Assembly (NCBI GenBank): GCA_964409385.1
Contig: CAYPCY010000005.1
Coordinates: forward strand, 1 to 37,754
Direction: 5' to 3'
DNA from: an uncultured Methanosarcinales archaeon
GTDB taxonomy: Archaea; Nanobdellota; Nanobdellia; Woesearchaeales; CAYPCY01
DNA length: 37,754 nt
This document shows, piece after piece, positions 17,815 through 27,794 of the stretch (positions are counted from its first letter, which is position 1; each line of letters opens with the position of its first letter). The position numbers and the translations under genes are program-made. The notes below the pieces were generated by a model. The model was given only the letters and a program-made list of their open reading frames with translations, did no database searches and was not told the DNA's origin.

Positions 17815-19497
17815 ATGAGCCATATCTTAACATTTAATGATATTTTCAGTTCGGATTCTAAAAAAGTAGGTTTGATAGCTACTAGATTAGCCGATTTTTT
17901 TCAAAATTCTAGCAATGTAGAAATTGGCTTTGTGTTAACAACAGATTTATTCAATGAATTTATGGAATCTAACAATTTATTTTCCAGAATTAAAACTTTA
18001 TTATTAACCATAGATACTGAAAATATATCTAGACTTTTAGAAATTAATACTCAAATAAGAGAAATGATTTTAAAAGCAGTATTTTCAGAAGAACTTAAAG
18101 AAACAATAATTGACTCTTATGAAGGTTTAGGTATTGATTTAGAAAATACTTCAACAGAAACACTAGTAGAAAATTATGAAAAACCAGCAGTTAACGTATT
18201 CTTATCTCCAGTGCACGAATCAGGATTTGTAAAAAACGCATTAGTTATGAATGTAATGGGAGAACATCAATTGTTCAAGGCAATAAAAGAAGTAATTATT
18301 AGTTTATACTCTCCAGAAATGATTAAAATAAGAGAAAACCTAGGCAAAGAACACGATATTTCTAATGCAATAATTATTCAAAAAATGGTAATTCCTGACG
18401 TTTCTGGTTATGCACTTTCAAAAAACCCTGAAAATTCTGATGATTCAAAAGTATTTATCGCTTCAGAATTTGGAATTGGAGGTCTTATTGATTCAGAAGT
18501 TGCACAGGATAAATTCTTAATAGATAAAGAATCCTTAAAAATTGTTTCTTCTGATATTAAAACAAAAGATTACGCATTAACAATAATTGATAAAAAGTTT
18601 GAGAAGAAAAGACTTAAAGAAATAGGAGAGGAGCAATCCTTAAATGATAAGCAAATAACTGAAATAGCTAGGTTTGTTAAGAAAATAAAAAAACCACTTG
18701 TTATTTTTTGGTATGTTCTTAATGAAAAAATTTATTGTCAGAGAATTGTTGAATTAATAAGTAATAATATAAAATTAGAAACAAAAGAATTGCAAAGCAA
18801 TTCTGAGATTCAAAATTCTTCGAATTTGGAAACAAAAGAAATCAAAGATTTCTCAGCTTCAAAACCTGAAGGTTTGGAAACAAAAGAACTTCAAGAAAGT
18901 TCTGAGATTCAAAATTCTTCGAATTTGGAAACAAAAGAATTGCAAAACGATTCTGAGCTTAAAAAATCATTAGAAGTTCCTAATTATGTTGAGGAAGAAC
19001 AAGAACTAGATTATGACGAAAAATTTGATGTTGATTCAGAACTAGGAATTAATGAAGATAAGATTTCAATGGAGGAAGATTTGAATGTTCTTGATCAACT
19101 AGAGTCAGAATTTGGTTTTGAAACTCCACCAAAAAAAATAGAACCTGAACAAGAAGATTCTATCATTAATGTTGCTACAGAACCAGTCCCTTCAAAAGAA
19201 TCCTTTTCTAAAAATTTATTAGATAAAGCTTCTGATTCTGCATCTTCATCCATAATTTTCTTGCATTTAGCAATTGTTAACAAATTAAAAGAAGCATATT
19301 ATAACTTGTACGGTGCAGAACCTTCAAGTGACAAGTTTAGTTTCTTATTAGAATCTGTTAATGAACAAGAAACTCTTAATAATATAGAAAGTTTAAAAAA
19401 AGTAGATTTTTATAATAGTGAATACTTAAGTGGTAAGTCCTTAGATTTGGAAGAATTAAGGGAAGCTATACAAATCACTTTAGAATTCGTAAAATGA
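17815..19497 (+). CDS. Degenerate PEP-synthase N-terminal (PPDK_N)-like domain, repeat/acidic linker and helical C-terminal domain
   Basis: GFVLTT, NVMG..QLFKAIK, IIQKMV..SG, FGIG. Start probably 17815 (GGGGG SD; TTTATAA at about 17776) rather than 17761. Confidence 0.7.
   Translation: MSHILTFNDIFSSDSKKVGLIATRLADFFQNSSNVEIGFVLTTDLFNEFMESNNLFSRIKTLLLTIDTENISRLLEINTQIREMILKAVFSEELKETIIDSYEGLGIDLENTSTETLVENYEKPAVNVFLSPVHESGFVKNALVMNVMGEHQLFKAIKEVIISLYSPEMIKIRENLGKEHDISNAIIIQKMVIPDVSGYALSKNPENSDDSKVFIASEFGIGGLIDSEVAQDKFLIDKESLKIVSSDIKTKDYALTIIDKKFEKKRLKEIGEEQSLNDKQITEIARFVKKIKKPLVIFWYVLNEKIYCQRIVELISNNIKLETKELQSNSEIQNSSNLETKEIKDFSASKPEGLETKELQESSEIQNSSNLETKELQNDSELKKSLEVPNYVEEEQELDYDEKFDVDSELGINEDKISMEEDLNVLDQLESEFGFETPPKKIEPEQEDSIINVATEPVPSKESFSKNLLDKASDSASSSIIFLHLAIVNKLKEAYYNLYGAEPSSDKFSFLLESVNEQETLNNIESLKKVDFYNSEYLSGKSLDLEELREAIQITLEFVK
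18775..18960 (+). repeat. In-frame tandem array of about 3.6 units (51/48/51 nt), each containing two hairpins
   Basis: Units begin TT(A/G)GAAACAAAAGAA at 18775, 18826, 18874 and 18925 and encode LETKE... repeats. Confidence 0.9.
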
Positions 19498-20003
19498 TGT
19501 TTTTTAAAAGAAAATCTCGCTTTTTAAAAAAAGGAGAAGAGGATGAAGTTTTAACTAGGGATGTTCAATCTAGAGTTTTAAAACTTGAGAAAGGTTTGGA
19601 ATCATTCAATAGAATGATTTATGCAGGAGATTATGCTGGTAAGGATAAAACTTATGCGGAACTACATAAGGAATTTCTTGAGATGAAAATTAAAGTTAAT
19701 TCTTTACTTGATAATATTAAGGAAATAATGGTGCTTGAAGAAGAACTAAAAGACAAAGTATTGTTTAATGATAAACCTTTCTTAAACGATAAATATGCAA
19801 GGATTAATGCTATAGAAGAGAGTATTCAAGAAATAATTGGAATTTTAGAATCCCAACCTAGTATTCAAGAATTAAAAACAGTAAGTCTTGAAAAATTAAG
19901 AGGTTCATTATCAAGAATTTCTGGTGATTTATCAAGTATTAAGGAAGATAATAATAGATTAAAAGAAACTTATACTGCTATTGAAGAGAAGATTCTAGAA
20001 TAA
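19494..20003 (+). CDS. Hypothetical helical/coiled-coil protein
   Basis: 169-aa ORF with ATGA overlap to the upstream gene. Confidence 0.65.
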   Translation: MMFFKRKSRFLKKGEEDEVLTRDVQSRVLKLEKGLESFNRMIYAGDYAGKDKTYAELHKEFLEMKIKVNSLLDNIKEIMVLEEELKDKVLFNDKPFLNDKYARINAIEESIQEIIGILESQPSIQELKTVSLEKLRGSLSRISGDLSSIKEDNNRLKETYTAIEEKILE

Positions 20004-20880
20004 GTATTTTCTTAGTAAGACTTTTGTGAATATATACTTTAAACTCTTTTTTCTTTAATGAAGTTTTAACTTTCATGTCTGGAATTACAACAACTGCTCT
20101 TTTTTTAAGAATTTTAGGCAGTAAATCTAGAAAATCCTGTATTATTTTCTTATATTCTTTTTGTTTAGTATTTTTTCCATAAGGCATATCAGTCACTATA
20201 TAATCAATCTTTTTCTTTAATTTTAAACTGTTAAAAACTTTTAATTTTCCATTGAGAGAATAATATTCAATATTTTTTTTACTAAATTCTATCATTTTAG
20301 GATCTATATCATATCCTTCCCAATATAAATTTAACAAACTAGCTTCTATAAGTATTCCGCCAGTTCCACAGAATGGATCAATAATTTTAGTTTTTGAACC
20401 AGTAAGATTAATCAAAACCCTAGCAAGTTTTGGTTTTAGAGAAATAGGTAAAAAACCAGGTCTTTTAGAAATATTCTCCTGTCTTTTTTTAATAGTTTCC
20501 TTCTCAGTAAAATAATATTTATCTAATTTTAATAAAACAAATTCTTTATCAGGATTTTTTAAATCTAAAAATACTTCAAAATCTGAATCTTGTAATTTTT
20601 CTACAAACAAACGTCCCAGTTTCTTTTCTAGTTTCTTATCAATACTTCTAAAAGAAAATCTGCCAACAAACTTGTTGAATTTGAACTTTTTTAATGTATT
20701 TTCAAGATTCTTCTCAGAACTTTCAAAAAGAATATTATAATAATTTTTAGTTAATGCCAGTCTTGAGGGATTAGAACAATTAAGTATTAAGAAATTATTA
20801 ATCAATTTCCCTCTATCAAATAATGCTTCAGCTTCATATTTGGATAGTTCTAAATTTTCCTTGTCTAATTCTAAAATCAT
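19978..20880 (-). CDS. trm11: tRNA m2G10 methyltransferase (THUMP + MTase, Trm11/TrmG10-like)
   Basis: RPGFLPISLKPKLARVLINL, DPFCGTGGIL, TDMPYG. Start probably ATG 20880 (MILEL). Confidence 0.82.
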   Translation of the reverse strand: MILELDKENLELSKYEAEALFDRGKLINNFLILNCSNPSRLALTKNYYNILFESSEKNLENTLKKFKFNKFVGRFSFRSIDKKLEKKLGRLFVEKLQDSDFEVFLDLKNPDKEFVLLKLDKYYFTEKETIKKRQENISKRPGFLPISLKPKLARVLINLTGSKTKIIDPFCGTGGILIEASLLNLYWEGYDIDPKMIEFSKKNIEYYSLNGKLKVFNSLKLKKKIDYIVTDMPYGKNTKQKEYKKIIQDFLDLLPKILKKRAVVVIPDMKVKTSLKKKEFKVYIHKSLTKKILILESSLQ

Positions 20881-20929
20881 AATAGGTGGTAAGAAAGATT
20901 TTATATATGTTTTGTGTTTATTTTGAATC

Positions 20930-21214
20930 ATGAATAGAGGAAGGCCATTAGGAAGTGAAGTTCGTCAAAATATTATTGAATTACTTTTTGTTAAGGGAAA
21001 AGGTTATGGTTATCAAATTCATAAGTGGTACATAAAACAATTCCCAGCAGTTTCCCAGAGAGTTATTTATTATAATTTAAAAAAGGGTTTAGAAACTAAT
21101 GAATTTCAGGTTGAAACAGTGAAAACCATAGGTGAATTCTCTTGGGGTTCTTCTTCAGAAAGAAATTATTTTAAACTTGGCAAGAAAGCAAAACCAAGTG
21201 GAAAATTAAAATGA
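20930..21214 (+). CDS. Small winged-helix (PadR-like) protein
   Basis: YGYQIHK..F..VSQRVIYYNLKKG...YFKL pattern. Confidence 0.6.
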   Translation: MNRGRPLGSEVRQNIIELLFVKGKGYGYQIHKWYIKQFPAVSQRVIYYNLKKGLETNEFQVETVKTIGEFSWGSSSERNYFKLGKKAKPSGKLK

Positions 21215-21822
21215 ATTATTTAAAGACTGCATTTCAGATTGTTTCACAACCTAAAAAGTTTTTTAAGAAACTTAATAAAATAAAATTTGTAGAAACTGTC
21301 AAGTTTGTTTTTTTCTTTATTATTTTAACACAACCATTAATGGCCTTTTATTATTTGCAGAAATTCTCCAGTAAATTACCTAATACCTTAAACTTTTATA
21401 TTCTTATTTCAGTAGTTCTAATATTGATTACTGGAATGCTAGTTTTTCTAAGACCATTACTAACTCATTGGTTCTTAAAACTGTTGAAGGGAAAATCAGT
21501 TTACAAAAAAATCTATCAGGGAATGAATTATGGAGCCACCCCATCTTATTTAGTAACTCCTTTAATTGTTCTTCTTTTACTTCTTACTATTTATAATTCT
21601 TCGATAGGAATAAGTATTCCATTGACTATTTTCTTAATATGTTTAACAGTGATAATTTTAGCAGCAGAATTTTACACTTTATACTTAAGGATAACTAGTA
21701 TTTCAAAAATAGCTAAGGTTTCTTTAATAAGATCTTTCCTAGCAATTTATATTTTTCCTATATTAACAATTTTGCTTTTAGAAACAATTATTATTTTTGC
21801 TTCAGTTTTGTTTCTAATCTAG
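21211..21822 (+). CDS. Yip1-family membrane protein
   Basis: IVSQPKKFFK, YGATP, about 5 TM segments. Confidence 0.75.
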   Translation: MNYLKTAFQIVSQPKKFFKKLNKIKFVETVKFVFFFIILTQPLMAFYYLQKFSSKLPNTLNFYILISVVLILITGMLVFLRPLLTHWFLKLLKGKSVYKKIYQGMNYGATPSYLVTPLIVLLLLLTIYNSSIGISIPLTIFLICLTVIILAAEFYTLYLRITSISKIAKVSLIRSFLAIYIFPILTILLLETIIIFASVLFLI

Positions 21823-22970
21823 AAGAATACTTCTCTAATTATGGGTAAAAAGATATTTATCAAAAGTACAACTAATAATATTATGCTTATCTTAGCCCAT
21901 ATTTTTAATCCTTTTTCTTCTCCGAAATGTTTCGAGAATGTTGCATGTATCATTCTACCACCATCTATAGGTCCTAGAGGAAGTAAATTTGCCAAACCAA
22001 TTCCTAAACTCAATAAATAAATCCAAAATAATAATTCTCCAAAAATAAAAAATCCGTTGAAAAATAACATATTAGTTCCTTGAACAACTTCCACATTTTG
22101 TAGTATTCTAACACCCATATGTGTTTTTCCTTCTTGTTCTATGGGTATTATTGAAAAAGTCTCATTAATATTAGAAACATTAAATTCTTCTCCAGGACTT
22201 ATATTTTCAATTTCTGAAATAAATTCTTTAACATTCTTTATTTCTACATCATTAAAACTTGTTATTAATGTTTTATTTATCATTCCAGAAAGATATGCTG
22301 GTTTTCCAGATTCTGGAAGTAAGAAAACTCCTTTTTCTTCAGTCATGTTAGAAAGAACAGGACTTACTGCAAATGAAAGGAGTAATAGTGCTAGAATTGC
22401 GAGTAATACATTTGCAAAAGGACCTGCTGCAAACATTGCATTTCTTACTTTAACATCTTTTTTTGCTAGACTTTCTTCGTCAGGTTCTACAAATGCAAGT
22501 GGAATTATTGCAAATAATCCTAATCCTGAACTTTTAACTCTTATCTTGTAAGCTTTAGAAACTACTCCATGAGCAAATTCGTGAACTACTATTACAAAGA
22601 ACAAAGAGATTATTCCATACCAGAAAGGAACGAAAATTGCACTTCCTGGAATTTTAACTCCTGGAATTACAAGGCTCATTGCCGCAGGAGCTGAAGGATT
22701 AATAATTAAGTCTATAAAACTCTTTACTAGGAAGAATAATATTAATGCCATTCCTGCAAAGCCAACATATACTCCTATTCTACTAAGTATTTTTATTGTC
22801 CTATTATATTTTTCGGCAACTCTTGCCATTAATTTAATTCCTAATTGGGTTTTGTATAAGAAAACAACTTTACCATGAATTTCTAATTTTTTCTTATATT
22901 TTATAAGAAGAGCTATAATTATTAAATAAAATAATATTACACTCCAGTTGTTCATTAAGAAATTCAACAT
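21819..22970 (-). CDS. Site-2 protease (M50) with PDZ-like insert
   Basis: HEFAHG, AFVEPDE, AAGPFAN, NLLPLGPIDGG. Confidence 0.92.
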   Translation of the reverse strand: MLNFLMNNWSVILFYLIIIALLIKYKKKLEIHGKVVFLYKTQLGIKLMARVAEKYNRTIKILSRIGVYVGFAGMALILFFLVKSFIDLIINPSAPAAMSLVIPGVKIPGSAIFVPFWYGIISLFFVIVVHEFAHGVVSKAYKIRVKSSGLGLFAIIPLAFVEPDEESLAKKDVKVRNAMFAAGPFANVLLAILALLLLSFAVSPVLSNMTEEKGVFLLPESGKPAYLSGMINKTLITSFNDVEIKNVKEFISEIENISPGEEFNVSNINETFSIIPIEQEGKTHMGVRILQNVEVVQGTNMLFFNGFFIFGELLFWIYLLSLGIGLANLLPLGPIDGGRMIHATFSKHFGEEKGLKIWAKISIILLVVLLINIFLPIIREVFF

Positions 22971-23003
22971 GTAAATAGAAAAGTACTATTGAGTATAAAA
23001 ACA

Positions 23004-23165
23004 TTACTTTTTTCTAACAGGTCTTAAAGATTTATAATTACACTTTTTGCATTTTGTGGTTTTTGCTTTTACTTTAAAACTTGTAGTTTTAAGTCTTGTT
23101 TTGCATTTTCTGCAAACAAAAACATTGTGAAATAATCTTGTTTCTGCTTCTGGGAATTTTGCCAT
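23004..23165 (-). CDS. rpl40e: 50S ribosomal protein L40e (absent from the ORF track)
   Basis: Manual translation: MAKFPEAETRLFHNVFVCRKCKTRLKTTSFKVKAKTTKCKKCNYKSLRPVRKK (53 aa, 2x CxxC); AGGAGG SD. Confidence 0.9.
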   Translation of the reverse strand: MAKFPEAETRLFHNVFVCRKCKTRLKTTSFKVKAKTTKCKKCNYKSLRPVRKK

Positions 23166-23228
23166 AATTATAACCTCCTAGAATTATGGTAAAGTCCAAA
23201 AATCTTCGATTTTTTATGTTTTGTCATT

Positions 23229-23624
23229 TTACTCCTTAATTTGTTTTATTACTCTGTCATCAAGAACAATCCAGTACAAGACTGTTGATCCTTCTTTGAC
23301 TTCACTTTTGAACTCTCCAGGTATTTCAATATCAAAAGTTTCGTAACTTTCAGAATCCATTACATTGACTGAATTTCCTGATATGCTAAGAACTTGCGCA
23401 TTTCTTTTATCTATAACTGGAATTTGTATAGTATCATGTCCTGGCATCATAATATTTCTTTTAACACCATCAATAATGCCAACGCCTGTAAGATTTACTT
23501 TTGCATGTCCGTGTTTTCCTGGTCTTGAAACTTTCATATCAGTAACTGAACATGCTGCACCATCAATGACACAACTAGAACCTTTTTTTAGGCTTCCTAC
23601 ACTAGCATTTCTTGTTTCTCCCAT
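23229..23624 (-). CDS. eif5a: Translation factor aIF5A
   Basis: Hypusination loop SRPGKHGHAK; VMDSESYETF. Confidence 0.95.
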   Translation of the reverse strand: MGETRNASVGSLKKGSSCVIDGAACSVTDMKVSRPGKHGHAKVNLTGVGIIDGVKRNIMMPGHDTIQIPVIDKRNAQVLSISGNSVNVMDSESYETFDIEIPGEFKSEVKEGSTVLYWIVLDDRVIKQIKE

Positions 23625-23664
23625 TTAATTTTGAAAAAGAGATTTATTTAAATAAGTTTCTATG

Positions 23665-24324
23665 TCAATCCATACTAAAAAGTCTGAAAAAATTCTTTTT
23701 TCTTAAGAATTTTCTCAATTTTTTTTCAATTTCAGGATCTTCAAACTTTTTTTCTTCTTCCCTAAATTTTTTGGAATGGTAAGTATTTCTTTTTTCTCCT
23801 TTTTTCATTCCATGTTTTTTATGTAGTAATTCGTGATATAATACATATTTGATTAAATTATGTTCTTTTTTCAAAATAGAACTTATAGTTACTAAATCTT
23901 CTTCATAAGAGTAAGATCCGAGCTTTCTTAAATTATTTTTTCCAAATTTTAAGTTTGGTTGTTCCATTAGACTATTGAAATAAGTATTATTTAATTCATT
24001 AAACATTTTAATTAATTTAGGATGAGAAGTTATTCTTTCAGAGTATTTTCCTATCTTACTAATAAATTTATCATATAAATCAATACTTAATGTTTTTTTA
24101 GTATCTTTATTTATTTTTAGAATTAGTTTTTGTACTAGTCCTTTTTGTATTTCTTCAGAAATGTTCTTCCATTTATTACTAAGTTTTAATTCATAATTCC
24201 AACCAATCCTAGTGATTTTGGCATTATAACTTCTAAACCTGCCAGAATATGTAATTTCTAACTTAGGCATTTCCATTTCAGGATATAATTCCTTATAACT
24301 TTCTTTTAAGAATCTAGAGTTCAT
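23665..24324 (-). CDS. SprT/YgjP-like zinc metalloprotease domain protein
   Basis: FNELNNTYF, RKLGSY, YVLYHELLH, HSKKF. Confidence 0.7.
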   Translation of the reverse strand: MNSRFLKESYKELYPEMEMPKLEITYSGRFRSYNAKITRIGWNYELKLSNKWKNISEEIQKGLVQKLILKINKDTKKTLSIDLYDKFISKIGKYSERITSHPKLIKMFNELNNTYFNSLMEQPNLKFGKNNLRKLGSYSYEEDLVTISSILKKEHNLIKYVLYHELLHKKHGMKKGEKRNTYHSKKFREEEKKFEDPEIEKKLRKFLRKKNFFRLFSMD

Positions 24325-25414
24325 ATCTTAATATTGCTGCTATTTTTCCAAAGTCTTTTAATTGAGTTCCTTCACGAGTTTCTGCACTTATTAATTCTAC
24401 TTTAGTTCCAAATTGTTCTGCTCTTTTTTCTAACTCATTAATTTTTTTCTCGTCGAGTGTTTCTGAAACTAAAAGAATATCTACAGCGCCCATTTCTAAA
24501 GCTTTTTCACAGTCTTTAATTCCATATGCTGCTTTATTCTCTTCCTTGGCTAATATTGTAAAAAAGCGATTCATCAACTTTTTTTCTTTAGCAACTTCTT
24601 CTTTGAAAAGAACATCTTCGGATTTTGCTAAAAGTTCTTGCAATCCAAATTCTCCAGTATAACTGAGGTCTTTCATTGCTATGATTTTTGACTTTATATC
24701 TCCAGTAATATAATCTCTGTCTACAAAGTCTTGTTTTGTATGTCCTGGACCTCCTACTAGTATTCCTTCAATTTCTTTCTTATTTAGAAATTGTTCTTTC
24801 ATCATATCAGCTATTTTTTTGTAGAAGTCTTTGGCTGCTCCTTCTCTAAGTCTTGCGAAACGGACACTACTTTGTCCTCCAGCTCGCGTTTTTCCAGGGA
24901 CATTAGATGTGGCGTGGGATAACGGGATTATTGTTTTTCCTTTTAATATTGCGATGTTTGCTTCTCTCTTGTCCATGACTACCATTCCAAAAACATTTTC
25001 ATCATCAAGTAAATCTCTTAAATAATTTAGAACGAATGTTTTGTCACATTGATAAATCCTGATTTTTATTGGTAGTGAAGGGTCTATACTCCATACTTTA
25101 AAATTGTCTTGTCCTTCTTTTTCACTTACATTTCCTGAAAAAACTGCTAATCCGTTAGAAGGTGTTCTTTTAAACAGTTTAAGATGTTGTATCATTTTTT
25201 CCAAGGCTGAAATAACATTTTCTCTTGTTTGTTTGCTTTTGATATTGCTTGCTGTTCCTTGTTCTTGCATTAAATGATTTATTATTTTGTTAAGATCATA
25301 TCCTTTGGGAATGTAAACACTAACTAATTCAGTATGTCTTCCTTTATAGGTTTCGAGTTCTCTAACAAACTTTTTTAATTCAAATTTTTGTTTTGAAGTT
25401 AGTTTTGTCTCCAT
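24314..25414 (-). CDS. prf1: Peptide chain release factor aRF1
   Basis: GRHTELVSVYIP, TASNIKS, YQCD, AGGQS; ATG at 25414. Confidence 0.95.
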   Translation of the reverse strand: METKLTSKQKFELKKFVRELETYKGRHTELVSVYIPKGYDLNKIINHLMQEQGTASNIKSKQTRENVISALEKMIQHLKLFKRTPSNGLAVFSGNVSEKEGQDNFKVWSIDPSLPIKIRIYQCDKTFVLNYLRDLLDDENVFGMVVMDKREANIAILKGKTIIPLSHATSNVPGKTRAGGQSSVRFARLREGAAKDFYKKIADMMKEQFLNKKEIEGILVGGPGHTKQDFVDRDYITGDIKSKIIAMKDLSYTGEFGLQELLAKSEDVLFKEEVAKEKKLMNRFFTILAKEENKAAYGIKDCEKALEMGAVDILLVSETLDEKKINELEKRAEQFGTKVELISAETREGTQLKDFGKIAAILRYEL

Positions 25415-25450
25415 AAACAAGATAAAAAGAGAAATAGTTTATAATAGTTT

Positions 25451-25822
25451 TCAGTTTAGGTCTTGAATAAACTCGTTTCCTTCTAAAGCTCCAAAGTTTT
25501 GTAGGCTTTGAATACCTCTTTGAATGATGCCAAGTCTATGTTCTTGTTGTTTAATTCCTTCTTCAGTTGATCTTTCTTCAATGCAGTTTTTTAGATCATC
25601 TTCTTCAGAACAAGCTACTATTGCGTCTTCATCATCAGCTATTTTAAGTAAATCTTTAAATAATTCTGCAAGGTTCAACTTAATATTTTCTGCAAGTAAA
25701 ATTCCGTTTTCAGAGTTCAAGTAGCCGCTTAGGAAGTTTGTTTCGCCTTCTTCAGCAAGTATTGTATTTGAAACTAGTGTGATTATTCCAATTATTATTA
25801 TTAGTTTAAATATAAAGTTCAT
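25451..25822 (-). CDS. Hypothetical secreted/membrane protein
   Basis: Signal-like N-terminus MNFIFKLIIIIGIITLVSNTILA. Confidence 0.55.
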   Translation of the reverse strand: MNFIFKLIIIIGIITLVSNTILAEEGETNFLSGYLNSENGILLAENIKLNLAELFKDLLKIADDEDAIVACSEEDDLKNCIEERSTEEGIKQQEHRLGIIQRGIQSLQNFGALEGNEFIQDLN

Positions 25823-25825
25823 TTT

Positions 25826-26140
25826 TTATTTTAAAATGTTATCTACAGCTATGTTTTCTGTTAATATAACGTATGCATTCATTTTGTCGTTTTTCAATGC
25901 TTTATTGTATTTAGTATTGGAATTTCTTAGGTTGTCATGGAGTTTGTAGATTTTTTGAAAACTTGTTTGGTAATTATTATAACAAGTAGAACAATTTTCA
26001 ATAACAAGACTTATATTGTTTTCTTTTTCTATTGTTAAATTGTCTGTTATTACTTTCGCAACTGCTGCATCCATGATGTTAAAATTATATTCAGAAGTAT
26101 GTCCTTCTTTACAATATTCTTTTAAATCGAACCTTTTCAT
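25826..26140 (-). CDS. Hypothetical protein
   Basis: 104-aa ORF ending 3 nt before the next gene; TTTATAAA upstream. Confidence 0.5.
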   Translation of the reverse strand: MKRFDLKEYCKEGHTSEYNFNIMDAAVAKVITDNLTIEKENNISLVIENCSTCYNNYQTSFQKIYKLHDNLRNSNTKYNKALKNDKMNAYVILTENIAVDNILK

Positions 26141-26256
26141 TATTAGTTCTTGAAAAATCTTGTCTTCGATATCTATTGTAGTTACTAAACAGTAATAACA
26201 CTTTATAAAGGTTTCGGTTATTAACTTTTATAAATAAACAATCGTTCACAAATAAA

Positions 26257-27114
26257 ATGGACTTATACATAAACTGTTACGGAGCATTCCTAACAAGTAA
26301 AAAAGTAGAAAAAAAACAATTATTCACAGAGAAAGAAATAATAGACTTCCAAAAAAACAAGATTAAAACAATACAAAAATACGAAAAGGAATGGAATACA
26401 AAATACAAAGGAACAAATTCAAAACTAGTACAAAACTTCAACCTTTATAGAAAAGCAAACTTCATAATAGCAAAAAATCAAGTTGCTCAATCAGTAAATG
26501 AAGATAATCTAATAATACAAGCAGTAAGCCTGACTGAAGAATTAGACACAATAATAAATATTCTATCAAAAAGACTTAGAGAATGGTCCTCTCTAGAAAT
26601 GCCAGAATTAGCCAATAAAATACAAGATAATGAAGAATTTGCAAGAAAATCACTAAAAAAACAAGAAAGTAAGTTAGGAAAAGAACTACAAAAGCAAGAT
26701 ACTAACCAATATCACACACTAGCAACTAAAATAATAGAATTATTCAAGTTAAAACAAGATAATATAGAGTATCTAGACAATTTAATGAACAACTACTGCA
26801 AAAACACATTAGAACTAGCAGGTCCCGCCCTAACAGGAAAATTACTAAAACATGCAGGATCACTAAAAAAATTAGCATTAATGCCAGCCTCAAAAATTCA
26901 ACTTTTAGGAGCAGAAAAAGCATTATTTAGACATTTAATAACAGGAAGCAAAAGTCCAAAACACGGAATAGTATTACAACATAATTATGTTCAAAAATCT
27001 AAAAACAAAGGAAAAGCAGCAAGAATACTAGCTGATAAAATATCTATAGCAGTAAAAGTAGACTATTTTAAAGGAGAACCAATAGGAAATAAACTAAAGA
27101 GAGAACTAAAATGA
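26257..27114 (+). CDS. nop5: C/D-box sRNP subunit Nop5
   Basis: RLREW...PEL, LALMPASKIQLLGAEKALFRHL, PKHG, GKAAR. Confidence 0.93.
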   Translation: MDLYINCYGAFLTSKKVEKKQLFTEKEIIDFQKNKIKTIQKYEKEWNTKYKGTNSKLVQNFNLYRKANFIIAKNQVAQSVNEDNLIIQAVSLTEELDTIINILSKRLREWSSLEMPELANKIQDNEEFARKSLKKQESKLGKELQKQDTNQYHTLATKIIELFKLKQDNIEYLDNLMNNYCKNTLELAGPALTGKLLKHAGSLKKLALMPASKIQLLGAEKALFRHLITGSKSPKHGIVLQHNYVQKSKNKGKAARILADKISIAVKVDYFKGEPIGNKLKRELK

Positions 27115-27755
27115 TTGAAGGATTATTAATCAATAAAGGAAAATTATTAACAAAAAATCAAGTTCCTAAAAAGAAAGTTTATCAAGAAAAACTAATCAAA
27201 ATTAAAGGAATTGAATATAGAGAATGGATTCCTAAACATAGTAAGTTAGCCTCTGCAATAAAGAAGAAAATTAGTCAATTAGGAATAAAAAAAGATTCAA
27301 CAATTCTTTACCTAGGATGTTCAACAGGAACTACAGTAAGCCATTTAAGCGATTTACTCACGGAAGGGTTCATATTTGCAATAGACTCATCCCCAAGAGT
27401 ATTAAGAGAGTTAATACTTATGGCTGAAGACAGGAATAATATAGCACCAATACTAGCAGACGCGTTCCAAACAGAAAAATTCAAAGATAAAATATCACAA
27501 GTAGATGTTATATACCAAGACATTGCCCAAAGGAATCAAGCCGAAATATTCATTGAAAACTGTAAAAATTTCCTAAAAAAAGAAGGTTTTGCAATATTAT
27601 GCTTAAAATCAAGAAGTGTAGATGTTAAAAAAACACCTAGACAAGTCTATAAAGAAATAAGAAATCAGTTAGAACGAGAATTAAGAGTGGTTGATTTTAG
27701 AGAATTAGACCCTTTTCAGAAGCAACACGGGTTTTTCGTTTGTAAGAACATTTAA
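27111..27755 (+). CDS. flpA: Fibrillarin
   Basis: EYREWIPKHSKLAS, LYLGCSTGTTVSHLSD, YQDIAQ. Confidence 0.95.
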   Translation: MIEGLLINKGKLLTKNQVPKKKVYQEKLIKIKGIEYREWIPKHSKLASAIKKKISQLGIKKDSTILYLGCSTGTTVSHLSDLLTEGFIFAIDSSPRVLRELILMAEDRNNIAPILADAFQTEKFKDKISQVDVIYQDIAQRNQAEIFIENCKNFLKKEGFAILCLKSRSVDVKKTPRQVYKEIRNQLERELRVVDFRELDPFQKQHGFFVCKNI

Positions 27756-27794
27756 AAGTAATTTCATACTACCTTTTATAAAATAAATAAGAAA

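Noticed and set aside
18775..18960. Possible CRISPR array
   Set aside because: In frame within a CDS; the variable parts are related self-complementary hairpins rather than unique spacers; no cas genes in the window.
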